64,000 nt of DNA, taken from positions 83,390,001-83,454,000 of the forward strand of contig OX597821.1 of NCBI GenBank assembly GCA_951406725.2, given 5' to 3'. The notes beneath the pieces are model-generated. The model was not told the origin of the DNA and did no database searches. It saw only the letters and a program-made list of their open reading frames with translations. Of the stretch, positions 24,404-37,830 are shown piece after piece; position 1 is the first letter of the stretch; each line of letters opens with the position of its first letter. This stretch comes from Octopus vulgaris (Eukaryota). The translations under genes and the position numbers were made by a program.

Positions 24404-24626
24404 AATGCATTTGCATACACACATATATAAATGTATGCATGTACACACCTTATTTGATGGTATAAAAGATACATGGGTGCATTAGATTTACCCTCAGCTT
24501 CAGCAGTATATAATTCAGGAAAAAAGTCCATCAAATATGCTGTGCGTGTGTATATGTATATATAGGTTTGTTTTTTTACACCTCATTTTAAGTTAAGGCA
24601 TGTTTGATGTAAAAATTTTCATTTTA

Positions 24627-24662
<36 letters not shown>

Positions 24663-25143
24663 TTTATTCAAATGTCAATAATTCTACAGCAGAGACTTGA
24701 ATAATGTTATTCAGATGTAAAGTATTCTTTGGAGCTCATCATTGTCTACTTCAGATTTGAAGTGTCAAGAAATATCAACAAAAGATATTATAGGCTTAGT
24801 CAGACACAAAGCCAGATTTATTTCAGGAGTGGGATTAGATGGTGTGATGGCCATACCTTAGTACAGTATTAATTATCAAAGTGAATATATATTATTCAGG
24901 AATTGTAAAGTGAAAACTCAAGTGAGCTGAACGTGAGTTAATCTCTTATTCACAGTCTTAGTAACAGCTGTGGACTAGGAAATAATTAACTCTCTTACAA
25001 CAAAGATTTAGAATGATAATAGTTTGTTGTTACTTAGCTCAAGTCAGTCCTGATTTAACAGACTTCTTATGATTAGGAAAAGCAATCAAGCGTGAGAACA
25101 TCATTTTTTCATATAACTTAGACTAAGTTGTCCGCCAAAGATC

Positions 25144-25310
25144 CAGGCACGTGCGGTCCCAGGAATTTTTTCAAAGGGAGGGCACAAGGTCAGAAGGGAA
25201 TACAATTCCAGGAGAAAAGGGCATAATATGCTTTATATGCACTTTTGACAATATACTTTATATGCGCTTTTGACAAGTTGTGGTGCACCTGAGCACTATA
25301 TACAATAATT

Positions 25311-25341
<31 letters not shown>

Positions 25342-25410
25342 AACATTATTTAGAAGGGCACATTTCTTTTCTTGAAGAGGGCATGTGCCCCCCACCACAA
25401 TCTGCCCCTG
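25144..25410. mobile_element. Probable degenerate hAT-like MITE containing a retro-tail insertion
   Basis: cagg..cccaggaattttt start and tctgcccctg end; internal cacttttgacaagttgtggtgcacctgagcac..(TTA)n tail also seen near 24305 and 27755. Confidence 0.45.
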
Positions 25411-25411
25411 C

Positions 25412-25600
25412 CAGTCCTTATTACAGTATGGTGATTTGTGTGTCTGAATGACCCCGACTGCTATGCGAGAAAAGTGGAGTACAACCTCCTGGTAGGGGCT
25501 TTCATGCCGGACCGGTCAAAGAATAGAGATCAGATGAACATGGACCACTTCTTCCCAGAGGTAAAAATGCATTTGTGTAGGGCGAACAACCCTATCTAGA
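25412..25600 (+). mobile_element. Probable RTE 5' UTR/leader fragment
   Basis: tttgtgtgtctgaatgaccc..gctatg..ctcctggtagggg..catgccggaccggtcaaag..ggcgaacaaccc resembles RTE/Expander/BovB leaders (recalled). Confidence 0.5.
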
Positions 25601-26612
25601 AAAAAAAAAAGAAAAAGCAAGCAACAAAAGCATCGATAGCAATTCAAGACCAACAAGACCTGGGGGGGGGGGGGGCTGAGGTTGTGGATCACAATAGTCA
25701 AAGCAGATATGGAGCTTGTTTTCTGGCCCTTGAGTCTTTGGCGTTCATCACTGAAACCAGGAATGGCTTCAACATGCTGCATAATTGGGCCGCCAACAGT
25801 TGTGCATCAACCGCTTTGACCCATGATGAGGTGAACTCAATAGGAGCTGGATTAACCCCCACTTGGGAGAAGACAAAAGAGGAGAGGAAGGTTTTTTTTA
25901 CCTTTGGGAAACATATGCAGGGTTACTGAAACAAAGGTGAAAAAGCAGCGATTTTAGCGAAGAGAAGCAGAAAAGACAGCCTAGATTTGAGAACAGGAGA
26001 GAAAAGTCGTCAAAGGCTTTCCATAGGGAGAAGAGGGCCTTAAGTAAGTAGATTACATTGTACAATGTATCTGTCTGTGGCTGATAATGTCTGATTTGAA
26101 GGAGATTTAACCTAGCAAGTGTAGTACACTCTACTGAGGTTCGTCTGTTGTCTTTCCAGTCAGGATAGTTAATTGTGTTGATAACAGTGGATGGTAAAAG
26201 AAGAATCACCTAACACTGAAATTTAAATATGTATTGAATATAAATTTTCTGAAGCGCAATGAGATTTAAAATCACAAAAACAAAATATATTATAAATCAC
26301 CGGTCGACATACAATGCAGGGGAGATAACCAATTAAAATCGAATATATTAGTTATCTCCCTTGCATTACTTTTTATAAAAGAAAACATCTCGGCTTTTCG
26401 AGGTCAACACGTACGGAATGAAAGAAGCGTGAGATAATGATACAAACAAACCATAGCGCTAGTGCTGAATTAGGGACAAGGGGAGCAATTTGGGGAGGAA
26501 AATGTCAGCTGATACCACCGAGAAGAGCAGTACTTAACAGGTACTTCATTTTACTAACCCTAAAAAGAGGAAAGGCAAAAAGGGCAGTGCAATGCCTCTA
26601 ATTACTTCTTAT

Positions 26613-26964
26613 CATCATCATCATCATCATTGTTCGACCGTGGTCGAGACAATGGAATTTACCATGCTACGCCAGACTTCACGGTCCATCATAGCATTAC
26701 GGAGGTCCTGTTGTTGGACGCCTGTATCCCTGGAGATTACATCAGGGTAGGAGAGTGTGCGCCCTCTGGTATTGCGAGTAGATGGCTTCCAGAGGAGAAG
26801 AGTAGAAATTACCTCTTTTTCAGCTCTACAACAATGTCCAGCAAACTGGACTCTCCTACCTTTCACAAGAGATGATACAGGTGGTAGTTCCCCATGTATT
26901 TGCATTTTGGTTGGATGGCGCTTCCATGAGAGATTTTGAGCTCTCATAAGGAGGCGAGTGTAGG
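26613..26964 (-). mobile_element. 5'-truncated RTE-group LINE, uninterrupted reading frame
   Basis: RAQNLSWKRHPT..RRVQFAGHCCR..LLLWKP..RGR..MMDREVWR; stop runs into (TGA)n tail; 7-bp TSD ttcttat at 26606-26612 and 26965-26971. Confidence 0.88.
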
Positions 26965-27861
26965 TTCTTATAAAAGGAACAAGTCTGGAAATGTTGAAGG
27001 AAGGTTATAGTGGAGTTTATCAATCACATGGCTTTACTAGAATTTATTTCATCAAACCACAGAAAGATGAAAGACAAAGTCGACCTTGGTAGAATTTGAA
27101 TTCAGAATGTAAAGAATTGGAAGAAATAGTGTAAGGTATTTTTTTTCCAATGTCCGAAGATTCTGTCAGCTTGCTGCCTTCAAGTGAACTAAAATAATTA
27201 TGATATGAAGCTATCAAGACACAACTGAAAAGAGAAACAAGTTGACGTCAGGCAAGAGAAGAACACATAGCTATCACTTAACATACACACATACACACAC
27301 ACTAAAGAGGTGAGGTCCTTCAAAGGGATGTCAAAATCCATAAAAGGGATTATGAATTAAAGTCTGTCTACACCTACAATTTTTCCTTTCCTTATACTTT
27401 AAATATATATATATATATATATATATTTATATTGTTGTTCCTTCTTGAGCCATGCCTGGCACATAAGGGCCAGTTTCCCGGTTTTATTGGCGTATAGGTT
27501 CCCTCATGTGGACGGGGCGCTGGTCCGTTGCAAGTGAGCTGCTAGATGCAAGAGTGAGAGAAAGTTGTGGCAAAAGATACAGCAGAAGTTCACCATTACC
27601 TTTTGCCGCGTGGCGTTTAGGTGTTTCGCTCATAAATACACACATCACCCGGTCTGAGATTTGCACCCGCGATCCCTCCATACACATGCGTGTATCTGAC
27701 TCATACACTGTTCACTTTCCAGACATTTGTACATTACTGCATATACTTTATACGCACTTTTGACAAGTTGTGGTGCACCTGAGCACTGTATACAATAATT
27801 TCACTATTATTATGTATATATATAAAGTATAACAAACTTGATCATTGAGAGCACTCTATTT

Positions 27862-27993
27862 CAGGCATAGGGCAACCTTTTACAAGAAGTGGGCCACATC
27901 AGACACGGTGGTTCATCAGGTGAGCTGTATTACCAAAGAGGTAATTTTTTTGTTAGTCATGCCATTCAGAGAGCTACAGCTTGCCCATGACTG
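27862..27993. mobile_element. Short hAT-like MITE
   Basis: TIRs caggcatagggcaa / ttgcccatgactg; partial TSD ctctattt / ctctaggt. Confidence 0.55.
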
Positions 27994-28912
27994 CTCTAGG
28001 TGCCCATCTGGGTGGCCACCTTCAACCTGTACACGACATAAGACATCTACTTTGTCAAGATCATCAGTAGCAGGAAGACAAGACCAGGAAGAACAATATT
28101 TAACAGTTCAATAATCTTTGTAGATACTGGCTGAATGTTTATGCATTAATTCCCTGACTATGAAACTAGACTCTTCCAGAAAATGCAAAATGGAATATGC
28201 TTCAGTCAGGGGCATTATGTGCTTATCATAGAAAGAGGCCATTTGATGTGTAGTTGCACCAACATTCTTACTCAATACCTCATCACTCAATCAACTCAAA
28301 GAGAAATCTAGAACCATTTTCTCTAAATTAGTTTCAGTCATGTTTGATATTTACCACCTTTTAATCTAATCTAAAAGATATTGCTATCCAACAATCTCCT
28401 ATCACGAAGTTCCAACTGTTTTTCCATAAACCATCCTGTAATGCACCTGGACACACCATCAACTTTCTCTCTGAATACAATAAGATTACAGACACCTTTC
28501 CAAACAACATATAGAAACTGTTGATTTCATAGGAAGAACTCCTTCAATTTCTTGTATTTTGCAGGTGCTTTCTTTACGAGCAGTTACCATCCCTGTTTTG
28601 TAAAAATTTTATTATTCCTACTATCATGATAATATATTTCGACCATAACATTTACACAGACATGTTTCAACTATGACATCCACAATTTTCACTATATGAC
28701 ATCACACAAAAATATTATTATTAGATAAATGCATTTGTGTAGCATGTCACATCTCTTTACGTTCTCTATCTGACTAACTACAACTTACACAATTTTTCTT
28801 TATTTTTAGGTTGTCTTATAATCAGTAAAAGACAAAGCTATTGTGTTCTTGAAATTCTTATAAACTTCTAACATAGCAACTTCACTGCAGTAAAGTGGTT
28901 GGTATTACAAGG

Positions 28913-29278
28913 AGGCGTAGGAGTGGCTGTGTGCTAAGTAGCTTGCTTACCAACCACATGGTTCCAGGTTCAGTCCCGCAGCATGGCACCTGCGGCAAGT
29001 GTCTTCTACTATAGCCTCACACCAACCAAAGCCTTGTGAGTGGATTTGGTAGATGGAAACTGAAAGAAGCCTGTCATATGTTTGTATGTCTGTGTTTACG
29101 TCCCCCAACATGCTGGTGTGTTTACGTCCCTGTAACTTAGCAGTTTGGCAAAAGAGAGCGATAGAATAAGTACTAGGCTTACAAAGAATAAGTCCTGGAG
29201 TCGATTTGCTTGACTAAAGGTGGTGCTCCAGCATGGCCACAGTCAAATGACTGAAAGAAGTAAAAGAGTAAAAGAGTA
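28913..29278 (+). mobile_element. Family A SINE, full length
   Basis: Matches family A consensus. Confidence 0.88.
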
Positions 29279-30054
29279 TAAAATAACCATACTGAAACTA
29301 ACATTGGTGCTCAACACAGCCCTGTGATCTGCTGGATCCTATCAAACCCCTCAAACCGTGCAAACATGGAAAATGGATTTTAAATAATAATGGTGATGAC
29401 GATGATGGCAACGATGATGACGATGACTATGATGGCTTCTGACTTTTAGAAGAATCTATATAACATGAAATTTTTCCTCTTTTACCTCAGTTCTACAACA
29501 GTATTAACAGAAGAAATCCACTTTTCAATCAAGTCCAATCAAGTCCCGATTCATTCCAACCTCTCTAGTTACTCCGATTAAACAAGCTCGCATTATATTC
29601 AGCTGTTATTGTTGTTGCTGTCATCGCTGTTGCACATACCTGCTGTTGCTGCAAATATTACAGCAGATCCCCCCCCTGTTGATGCAATCACTGTCACTGA
29701 CTTATAGTAGCAGCTACTGGGGTTTTATATCGTTAATAATGCAGACACTGTTAGTATTACTGTCACTGCTACCAGTGCAGGGTTTACAGTGTTCTACAGA
29801 TAATGAAGTACATTGACATTAGAGAAGTAAGATATTGCATTGACGACATCACATGGTAAAGGTGAACTCAAAACACTGAAGCTAATTTCTCTGTTCCACT
29901 CATCACCTTATTTCCCAACCTTGTCATGCTACAACTCCATGGCATGTTTATCAGATGAGGTTATCAAGACACTACTGGAAAGAGCAACAAGTTTGACTTT
30001 AAGCAAGGGAAGAACACACAACTACCACTTAACACACACACACACACATGCACA

Positions 30055-30495
30055 TTCTCTTCTTCTTTTACTTGTTTCAGTCATTTGACTGCAGCCATGC
30101 TGGAGCACCACCTTAAAGGGTGTTAGTTGAAGAAATCAAACTTAGGACTTATCATTTGTAAGCCTGATACTTATTCTATCAGTCTCTTTTGCCAAACTAC
30201 TAAGTTATGAGGACATAAACACACCAGCATCGGTTGTTGAGTGATGGTGGGGCAAAAAACACAGACACACAAGTATACACACACACACACATATATACAC
30301 ATATATATACACACATATATATATATATACATACACTTTTTTAAAATCTGGTTTGTAAGATTCTTTGTGAATTTGTGTGTTGAAACAAATTTTGTTGTGT
30401 CTAGGGAGGGTCATCATGCCAATATAATTAACACGGACACTGGTTCAATTCCACTCATTTATTAAATATCCAATTTTATTTATCTATCTATCTTT

Positions 30496-30552
<57 letters not shown>

Positions 30553-30848
30553 CTCTCTCTTTTACTCTCTTTTACTTGTTTCAGTCATTTGACTGGCGGC
30601 CATGCTGCAGCACCGCCTTTTTAATCGAGCAAATCGACCCCGGGACTTATTCTTTTTTGTAAGCCCAGTACTTATTCTATCGGTCTCTTTTTGCCGAACC
30701 GCTAAGTAACGGGGACATAAACACACCAGCATTGGTTGTCAAGCAATGCTAGGGGGACAAACACAGACACACACACGCATATATATATATACATATATAC
30801 GACGGGCTTCTTTTCAGTTTCCGTTTACCAAATCCACTCACAAGGCTT
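30055..30848 (-). mobile_element. Two partial family A SINEs with intervening repeat and (CT)n(AT)n
   Basis: 3' halves at about 30055-30330 and 30552-30848. Confidence 0.8.
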
Positions 30849-31179
30849 TCAAATTTTGCCAAACAACCTGTACAGATGATTTGCTCAAAGTGATCAAATG
30901 TATGTGCTATTACCTCACTTTCTCCATCAAATTGACATTGCCTGAACCACATGTTAGGTGCCAAAGTAATCACAGCGCACCGTGAGATGAAGTGTTTTGC
31001 TCAAGAACACAATGCACCTACCAGTCTAGGAATTGAAACCACAATCTCAAGCTCTAACCACAAAGCCATGCATTCTCACAGACGCAAACACGCACGTGCA
31101 CACGCATGCACACAAATACAAATATATAAGGTTAACTGTAGATTGTGACAAACTCCTTGATATACTTGAAACCCAGGGG

Positions 31180-31453
31180 TGCCGATCTCTAATTATGGAG
31201 GGAACCAGTGAAAGAGGAAAGAGGTAGATTCAGGAAGACATGTGGTGAAGCGGTGAAATATGATCTCTGGTTGTTCAATTTCACAGAAGAAATGACAAGT
31301 GACTTGTACTTCTGTCAATTTGCTGTGCTTGAGAAGACATGTCAAGCAAAGTGAAATACTGGTCATGGACAGGACTGGTGACACATAAAAGGCATCTGTG
31401 CCGGTGACACGTAAAAGACACCCAGTACACTATGAAGTGTGGTTGGCATTAGG
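31180..31453 (+). mobile_element. Degenerate RTE 3' end and UTR
   Basis: gtgccgatctcta..ggagggaacc..caggaagacatg..ggtgacacgtaaaag..gttggcattagg; resembles the reverse complement of the 3' part of the RTE at 14175-15268. Confidence 0.6.
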
Positions 31454-31668
31454 TTGGCAGACGAAATACCGCTAAGCATTTTGCCCGGTGTGCTAACGTT
31501 TCTGCCAGCTCGCTGCCTTACATAATTACAATAATAATAAATTAATTAATTGTATTCAGTTCTCAGGTGTACTACAACTTGTTGGAAAAAAAAAAAAGAA
31601 AGCTTAAGAGAGGGGGAGGAAAGTAGATATATAAGTCAAGTAAAGAAACTCAGAAATAAAGGTTAGAA

Positions 31669-31901
31669 AGGCGGCAAGCTGGCAGAAATGTTAGCACACC
31701 GGGCAAAATGCTTAGCGGTATTTCGTCTGTCTATATGTTCTGAGTTCAAATTCCACTGAGGTCGACTTTGCCTTTCATCCTTTTGGGGTTGATAAATTAA
31801 GTACCAGTTACGTACTGGGGATGATGTAATCGAATTAGTCCCTTTGTCTGTCCTTGTTTGTCCCCTTCTATATTTAGTCCCTTGTGGGCAATAAAGACAG
31901 A
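31669..31901 (+). mobile_element. Family B SINE, full length
   Basis: 17-bp TSD agaaataaaggttagaa / agaaatgaaggttagaa at 31652-31668 and 31902-31918. Confidence 0.88.
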
Positions 31902-34067
31902 AGAAATGAAGGTTAGAAGTATGTGTACAAGACACAGAATAAAACAGAAACATAGAGAAAAATGGGCATTAAAAGAGTCAGGAAAGGTGCATAGCTTTTC
32001 AAGAGTAATGAGGGTAAATTTGGGGAAGTAAGGAATTTTTGAAGGATGCAGTGTCCTGACAGCTAACAACTGATGCTGATAGTTCTGCATGCTTTGACAA
32101 AAAGTTATGGGTGCTGCACTGTTTTTTTGATTTTATAAGCAAGTTGCAGATGTATTCAATTTTGAAAAGGTGGCCTAAGTTGTAGCTGGAAAGATGGTGA
32201 ATAACCATGTGGTTTTCTACCAAGTCAGCTGCTAAATACTAAAAGATTAAAATGGTGATGCCCTGAGAAGCAATATATTCAAGGTATGATAAGTAACTAA
32301 TGGAGGGTATTTCTTAGGTTGCATATCTTTAGACACCTTCCACCAAATCGATAGTCTGGACAAGATGAAGGTTCCAGTAAAACTGTAAGTGTGGTCAGAC
32401 CGTACTCAGACATAGCTGGTGAGTGGCTGGCAAAAGGTCTTACTGAGTGATGCTAAGACACTTTCAGTCTTTTGTGGTTTGTTCAATGCAGATCATTGTT
32501 GATAATAATGCCTAAGTCATGTTCACCAACAGACTGCTAAAGATTGTTGCTGTGGAGAGGAAGTAGGTAAATTCTGAGTAATTCCTTTCAAATTGTCAAA
32601 TGGCAGTGGCACTTGTCTACAGTAAACTTGAGTTGCCAGTCAATAATCCATTACTGTAATGTGTCCAGATCAGACTGAAGTAAAGATCAATAGCATAGGA
32701 TCTGTTCATTCAAATTTAAACACATTTTCAGCTGAAAAAAACCTAGGCTAATGTGAAAAAAAGTGCCTTGCTCAAGGACATAATGCATCACACAGTCCAT
32801 GAATTAAATCCAAAACCGTAAAATCATGGGACCAATGCCCGTTCCAATAGACCACAAGCCTTCAGAGAGTTTTCACTTCTGCTTGACTAGCATTTAGTTT
32901 ATTGACACCAGAAGGCTGCGGCACTCTGCTGGTTACTGCGACAAGTGTTCCAGTTCGTTCGATCAATGAAACAGCCTGCTGGTGAAATCAACATGCAAGT
33001 GGCTGAGCCTTCCACAGACATGCATACCATTTAATGTGAATCTTAGGGAGATTCAGCGTGACACACAGAATGTGGCAAGGCCAGTCCATTGAACTGCAGG
33101 TACAATTAATTTTTTCCAGTTAAGTGGACTGGAGAACTGTGAAATAAAGGGTCTGGCTCAAGGAAACACTGCACCACTGAGAATTAAACTCCCAACCTTA
33201 TGATTGTAAGCTGTATACACTAACCACAAAGCTATGTACCTTCACCAGAAGGTCAAAAGGCGAAGTAAATTTGGTTGTCATTGGAGTGGGAACGAACCCA
33301 GAATGTAAAGATATGTAACCTAAATGCTACAATTTTTTTTTTTTGTCTACTGCTCCACTGATTTTGTTTGCTGTTAAAAAAATGCTAGTTGAGATAAGTT
33401 TAACTGGACAGATATTTTCAAGACAAATTTCTCAAATATATTTCAATATCTACACACTAAAATCTGTGAATATGTGTTTAATTTTTGTAGTAAAACCCAA
33501 TTTGTCATCAAGTTTCAGTTTTGCAACAAATATTTTGACATGACATAAAATAATTTAATAGATTTGTGAGTTATTAAACAAATAAAATAGATCTTTTTCA
33601 GTACAACTGCTTCATGGTCTCAGACTTGTTAGACAAGTACAACAACTCTGAAGAACGTTTAGTATACAATTAGTATTAATATATTCTTTGTTGCGAAAAT
33701 AAACTAGGCGGAAGTAGATATAATAATTTATGAGGCGTGAGTTTTAATCATTTGAGTGAACAAAAAAGTGAAATGACATTGAATTATTTCATGTCACATA
33801 TAAAGTAATGTATAAAAAGGTGAGAGGAAATGTTACTAGGACATTGGACAAATGTCTTGCAGACACGGTTCTTGAAGTTTTCATTCTGAGTTCAAATACA
33901 GCTGAGTTTAACTTTGTCCTTCATTGATTCCATTAAGAAATGTACTGGTCAATTACTGGGATCAATTCATCTCTCTCTCTCTTCATTTTCTTAGAATTGG
34001 CTACATTGCATTATGGGATGGTAAGGGGCAATCGGTCAATGTGTCTCTTTCCTCCAAGAAATAGAGA

Positions 34068-34490
34068 AGGCACAGGCATGGCTATGTGGTAAGAAGTTTG
34101 CTTCTCAATCACATGGTTTTGGGTTCAGTCCTGCTGTGTGGCACGTGGCACCTTGGGCAAGTGTCTTCTACCATAACTCAAGGCCAACCAGAGCCTTGTG
34201 AATGGATTTGGTAGATGGAAACTGAAAGAAGTCCCTTATATGAGTATATACGCATACATATCTATGAGTGTGCATGTCTTTGTATGAGTTTGTACCCCAC
34301 CACTGCTTAACAACTGGTGTTGGTTTGTTTACATTCCCATAACTTATTGGTTCAGTGAAAGAGACCAATAGAATAAGTACCAGATTTTAAAAAAAAAAGG
34401 ACAGCGGTTGATTTGTTCAACTAAACCCTTAAAGTTGGAGCACCAGCATGGCCACAGTTCAGTGATTGAAACCAGCAAAAGAGAAAAGAG
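34068..34490 (+). mobile_element. Family A SINE, older copy
   Basis: Matches family A consensus. Confidence 0.82.
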
Positions 34491-34521
34491 TAGAGCACCG
34501 GATGAATTATCTCCTTCTCAT

Positions 34522-34733
34522 GTCTTCTTCTTCTTAATCCTTTTTGTCCCTTGTGGAGCATAGGGCCTCAACAGTTGTTTTCCACTTCTTGCGGTCATTG
34601 GCGTGTTTCTTAGCTGCTTCCCATGTCAGGCCGGTGGTCCTGAGCTCGTCCAGAATTATCCGCTTCCATGTCTGCTTCAGGCGTCCTCACTTCCTTTTCC
34701 CCTGCGGGTTCCAGTCAAGTGCTTGTTGTGTCT
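34522..34733 (-). mobile_element. RTE-clade LINE 3' fragment (third lineage)
   Basis: QALDWNPQGKRK*GRLKQTWKR..GLTWEAAKKHANDRKKWK..VEALC; (GAA)n tail; flanking cttctcat direct repeat. Confidence 0.85.
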
Positions 34734-35002
34734 CTTCTCATTTAGCAGGCTACAAAAGGAATAGTACAGCTGCGGATTACAATTGGCTTTGTATTTGCAT
34801 GAGTATTTGCAGGCTTGGGCAACATGTCTTTGAGCAAAACCAATAGTGAGTCCCTTCTCCTCCATGCCACCAATATTTTATCCAAAGGAAAGGCTACTGA
34901 CTCAGGCTTACACAACCTGGCAACAATGTCAAAGGAGGCAATGTAAAGAGCTGGAACATAACTTGCAAAGGTAAAGGAAAATACAAGTATAGTTACCTTC
35001 TC

Positions 35003-35215
35003 GACTCATCCTGACTCATAAGGGCTGGTTTCCCAATTTCCATGGTGTATTTATTCCCCCACTTGGACAGGATACCAGTCCGTCACAGGATTATTCATTT
35101 TTGCCATCAGAGTGGACTGGAGCAACGTGTAATGAAGTGTTTTCCAGGAATCAAAACCACAATCTTACAATCATGAGTCCAACACCCCTAACCACTAAGC
35201 CATGCATCTCCACTG
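35003..35215 (-). mobile_element. Family D SINE copy
   Basis: Reverse-complement match to 13842-14105. Confidence 0.7.
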
Positions 35216-35431
35216 CATAGCTTGCAAAGCAACTCTACACACCCTATAACTTTTCTAGTAACCCATTGTCCTGCATTGGTGTAAATTAGAGGACATGGTG
35301 AATGTGGATGAAGCTTTGCAGCTAAGTGGCTTCAGGCTTAGTCCCACATATGGCAAGTATCTTCTACTGGGTCAACTAATGCCTTGAAACTGAACCAAGT
35401 AGATGGAAACTATGTGGAAGCTTGTCATATA

Positions 35432-35821
35432 TTCTTTTATTCTTTTATTTGTTTCAGTCATTTGACTGCGGCCATGCTAGAGCACCTCCTTTAGTTGAGC
35501 AAATCGACCCCAGAACTTATTCTTTGTAAGCCTAGTACTTATTCTTGCCGAACCGCTAAGTTACGGGGGACGTAAACACACCAGCATCGATTGTCAAGCA
35601 ATGTTGGGGGACAAACTCAGACTCACAAACATATACATACACACACATATATATATACGACGGGTTTCTTTCAGTTTCCGTCTACCAAATCCACTCACAA
35701 GGCTTTGGTTGGCCCGAGGCTATAGTAGAAGACATTTGCCCAAGGTGCCACGCAGTGGGACTGAACCCGGAACCATGTGGTTGGTAAGCAAGCTACTTAC
35801 CACACAGCCACTCCTGCGCCT
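35432..35821 (-). mobile_element. Family A SINE, full length
   Basis: Matches family A consensus. Confidence 0.9.
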
Positions 35822-36249
35822 ATATATCCATTACAGCTACATATTGTAATGAACCACATCTACCAACTTTATTATGGATCTCCAAGACAACCAGAAATTG
35901 CTGTTGGACTTATAACACCTTTCTTCTACTTCTTTAATTTTCTCTATTGTTTGTACTCTATGTAAGCTGGACCAATTAATATTTTTAAAAAAACAACAAA
36001 AAATCAAGGGAATATAAAATAACAATATTAACATGGAAGAGAAAATTTATTTTATTCCTATCAAAAAATTTGTTAATTTTATTTTTTATCCTCCACTTCA
36101 TACACCGTATAGTAATAAATCTTTTTTGTACCAACTGTCTCTGGTTCCACTGCACAAAAGCTTGTTTTTATTTTAACTAAAACTTTCTATGATAATTTTA
36201 TGTCCGAACTTTTTGTTAAGCTCCAGACACCAGTTAAATATTGAATTTC

Positions 36250-36290
<41 letters not shown>

Positions 36291-36809
36291 TACTAAATCA
36301 CCTAATACTTGATTATTCTCAAAATTAATTAAAACACATGGGAAGTATATTTTTATGAGAGAAATGAACACAAAAGGGTTAATAAAACATCCATGCATGA
36401 ATGCACACTCCTCACACTTCACTGCTTTAACATCAGATAACTGTCCCCCAATATAAACTATATCCACACCAGCTTGGAAAACTTCTGTTGTTGATCAACT
36501 CAAATCAACACCCATTTGCAAAGCTCTTTCCAGCCAAGAGCATTATCATTTTAACATCCCTTTTTCCATGCTCGCAAGGGTCGGATGGATTTTGTTGGGG
36601 TGGATTTTCTATTTTGAGATACCCTTTCTGTTGCCAAACCTCACCTGTTTTCAAGCAAGGTAATATTTCCCCATGACCAGACATGTTTATGTGGAAGGTC
36701 GGAAATGAAGGCCACAATTTGCATGACAGTAACATTTGCCTACAACTATCACAGGATGTCAAAGCAAAGAGACATAAACACACACACACATACACACACT
36801 TATGTATAT

Positions 36810-37224
36810 ACTCTCTTTTACTCTTTTACTTGTTTCAGTCATTTGACTGCGGCCATACTGGAGCACCGCCTTCAGTCGAGCAAATCGACCCCGGGACTTA
36901 TTCTTCGTAAGCCCAGTACTTATTCTATCGGTCTCTTTTGCCGAACCACTAAGTGACGGGGACGTAAACACACCAGCATCGGTTGTCAAGCAATGCTAGG
37001 GGGACAAACACAGACACATAAACATACGCACACATAAATACATATATATACATATACATATATACGACAGGCTTCTTTCAGTTTCTGTCTACCAAATCCA
37101 CTCACAAGGCATTGGTCGTCCCGGGGCTATAGCAGAAGACACTTGCCCAAGATGCCACGCAGTGGGACTGAACCCGGGACCATGTGGTTGGTTAGCAAGC
37201 TACTTACCACACAGCCACTCCTGC
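36810..37224 (-). mobile_element. Family A SINE, full length
   Basis: Matches family A consensus. Confidence 0.9.
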
Positions 37225-37312
37225 AATGTATTTCCTATATTGGTAATAAAGCACATGTAACATGGAATTAAAAATATATTAAGTTTTCCAGCCTTTGTTT
37301 TATTTAATACAT

Positions 37313-37830
37313 CTGTGTGTGTGCATGTACGTGTGTTTGCATGTGTGTATGTGTGTGTGTTTGCGTGTGTGTTTGAGTGTGTATATGTGTGTTTGTGTTC
37401 ATGTACGTGTGTTTACATGTGTGTGTGTTTGCGTGTGTATATGTGTGTGTTCATGTACGTGTGTGTTTGCATGTGTGTGTGTTTGCGTGTGTATATGTGT
37501 GTGTGTGCGTGTGTGTGTTTACATGTGTGTGTGTTTGCGTGTGTATATGTGTGTGTGCGTGTTTGTGTTCATGTACGTGTGTGTTTACATGTGTGTGTGT
37601 TTGCGTGTGTATATGTGTGTGTGCGTGTTTGTGTTCATGTACGTGTGTGTTTGCATGTGTGTGTGTTTGCGTGTGTATATGTGTGTGTGTGCGTGTTTGT
37701 GTTCATGTACGTGTGTGTTTACATGTGTGTGTGTTTACATGTGTGTGTGTTTGCGTGTGTATATGTGTGTGTGTGCGTGTTTGTGTTCATGTACGTGTGT
37801 GTTTGCATGTGTGTGTGTGTTTGTGTGTGT
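37313..37830. repeat. GT-derived higher-order minisatellite (units about 66-83 bp)
   Basis: gtttgtgttcatgtacgtgtg recurs at 37561, 37627, 37695 and 37778. Confidence 0.9.

Noticed and set aside
35837-36034. Minus-strand ORF as a possible extra MSH5 exon
   Set aside because: No MSH5 similarity, and the flanking exons already join without a gap against the human protein.
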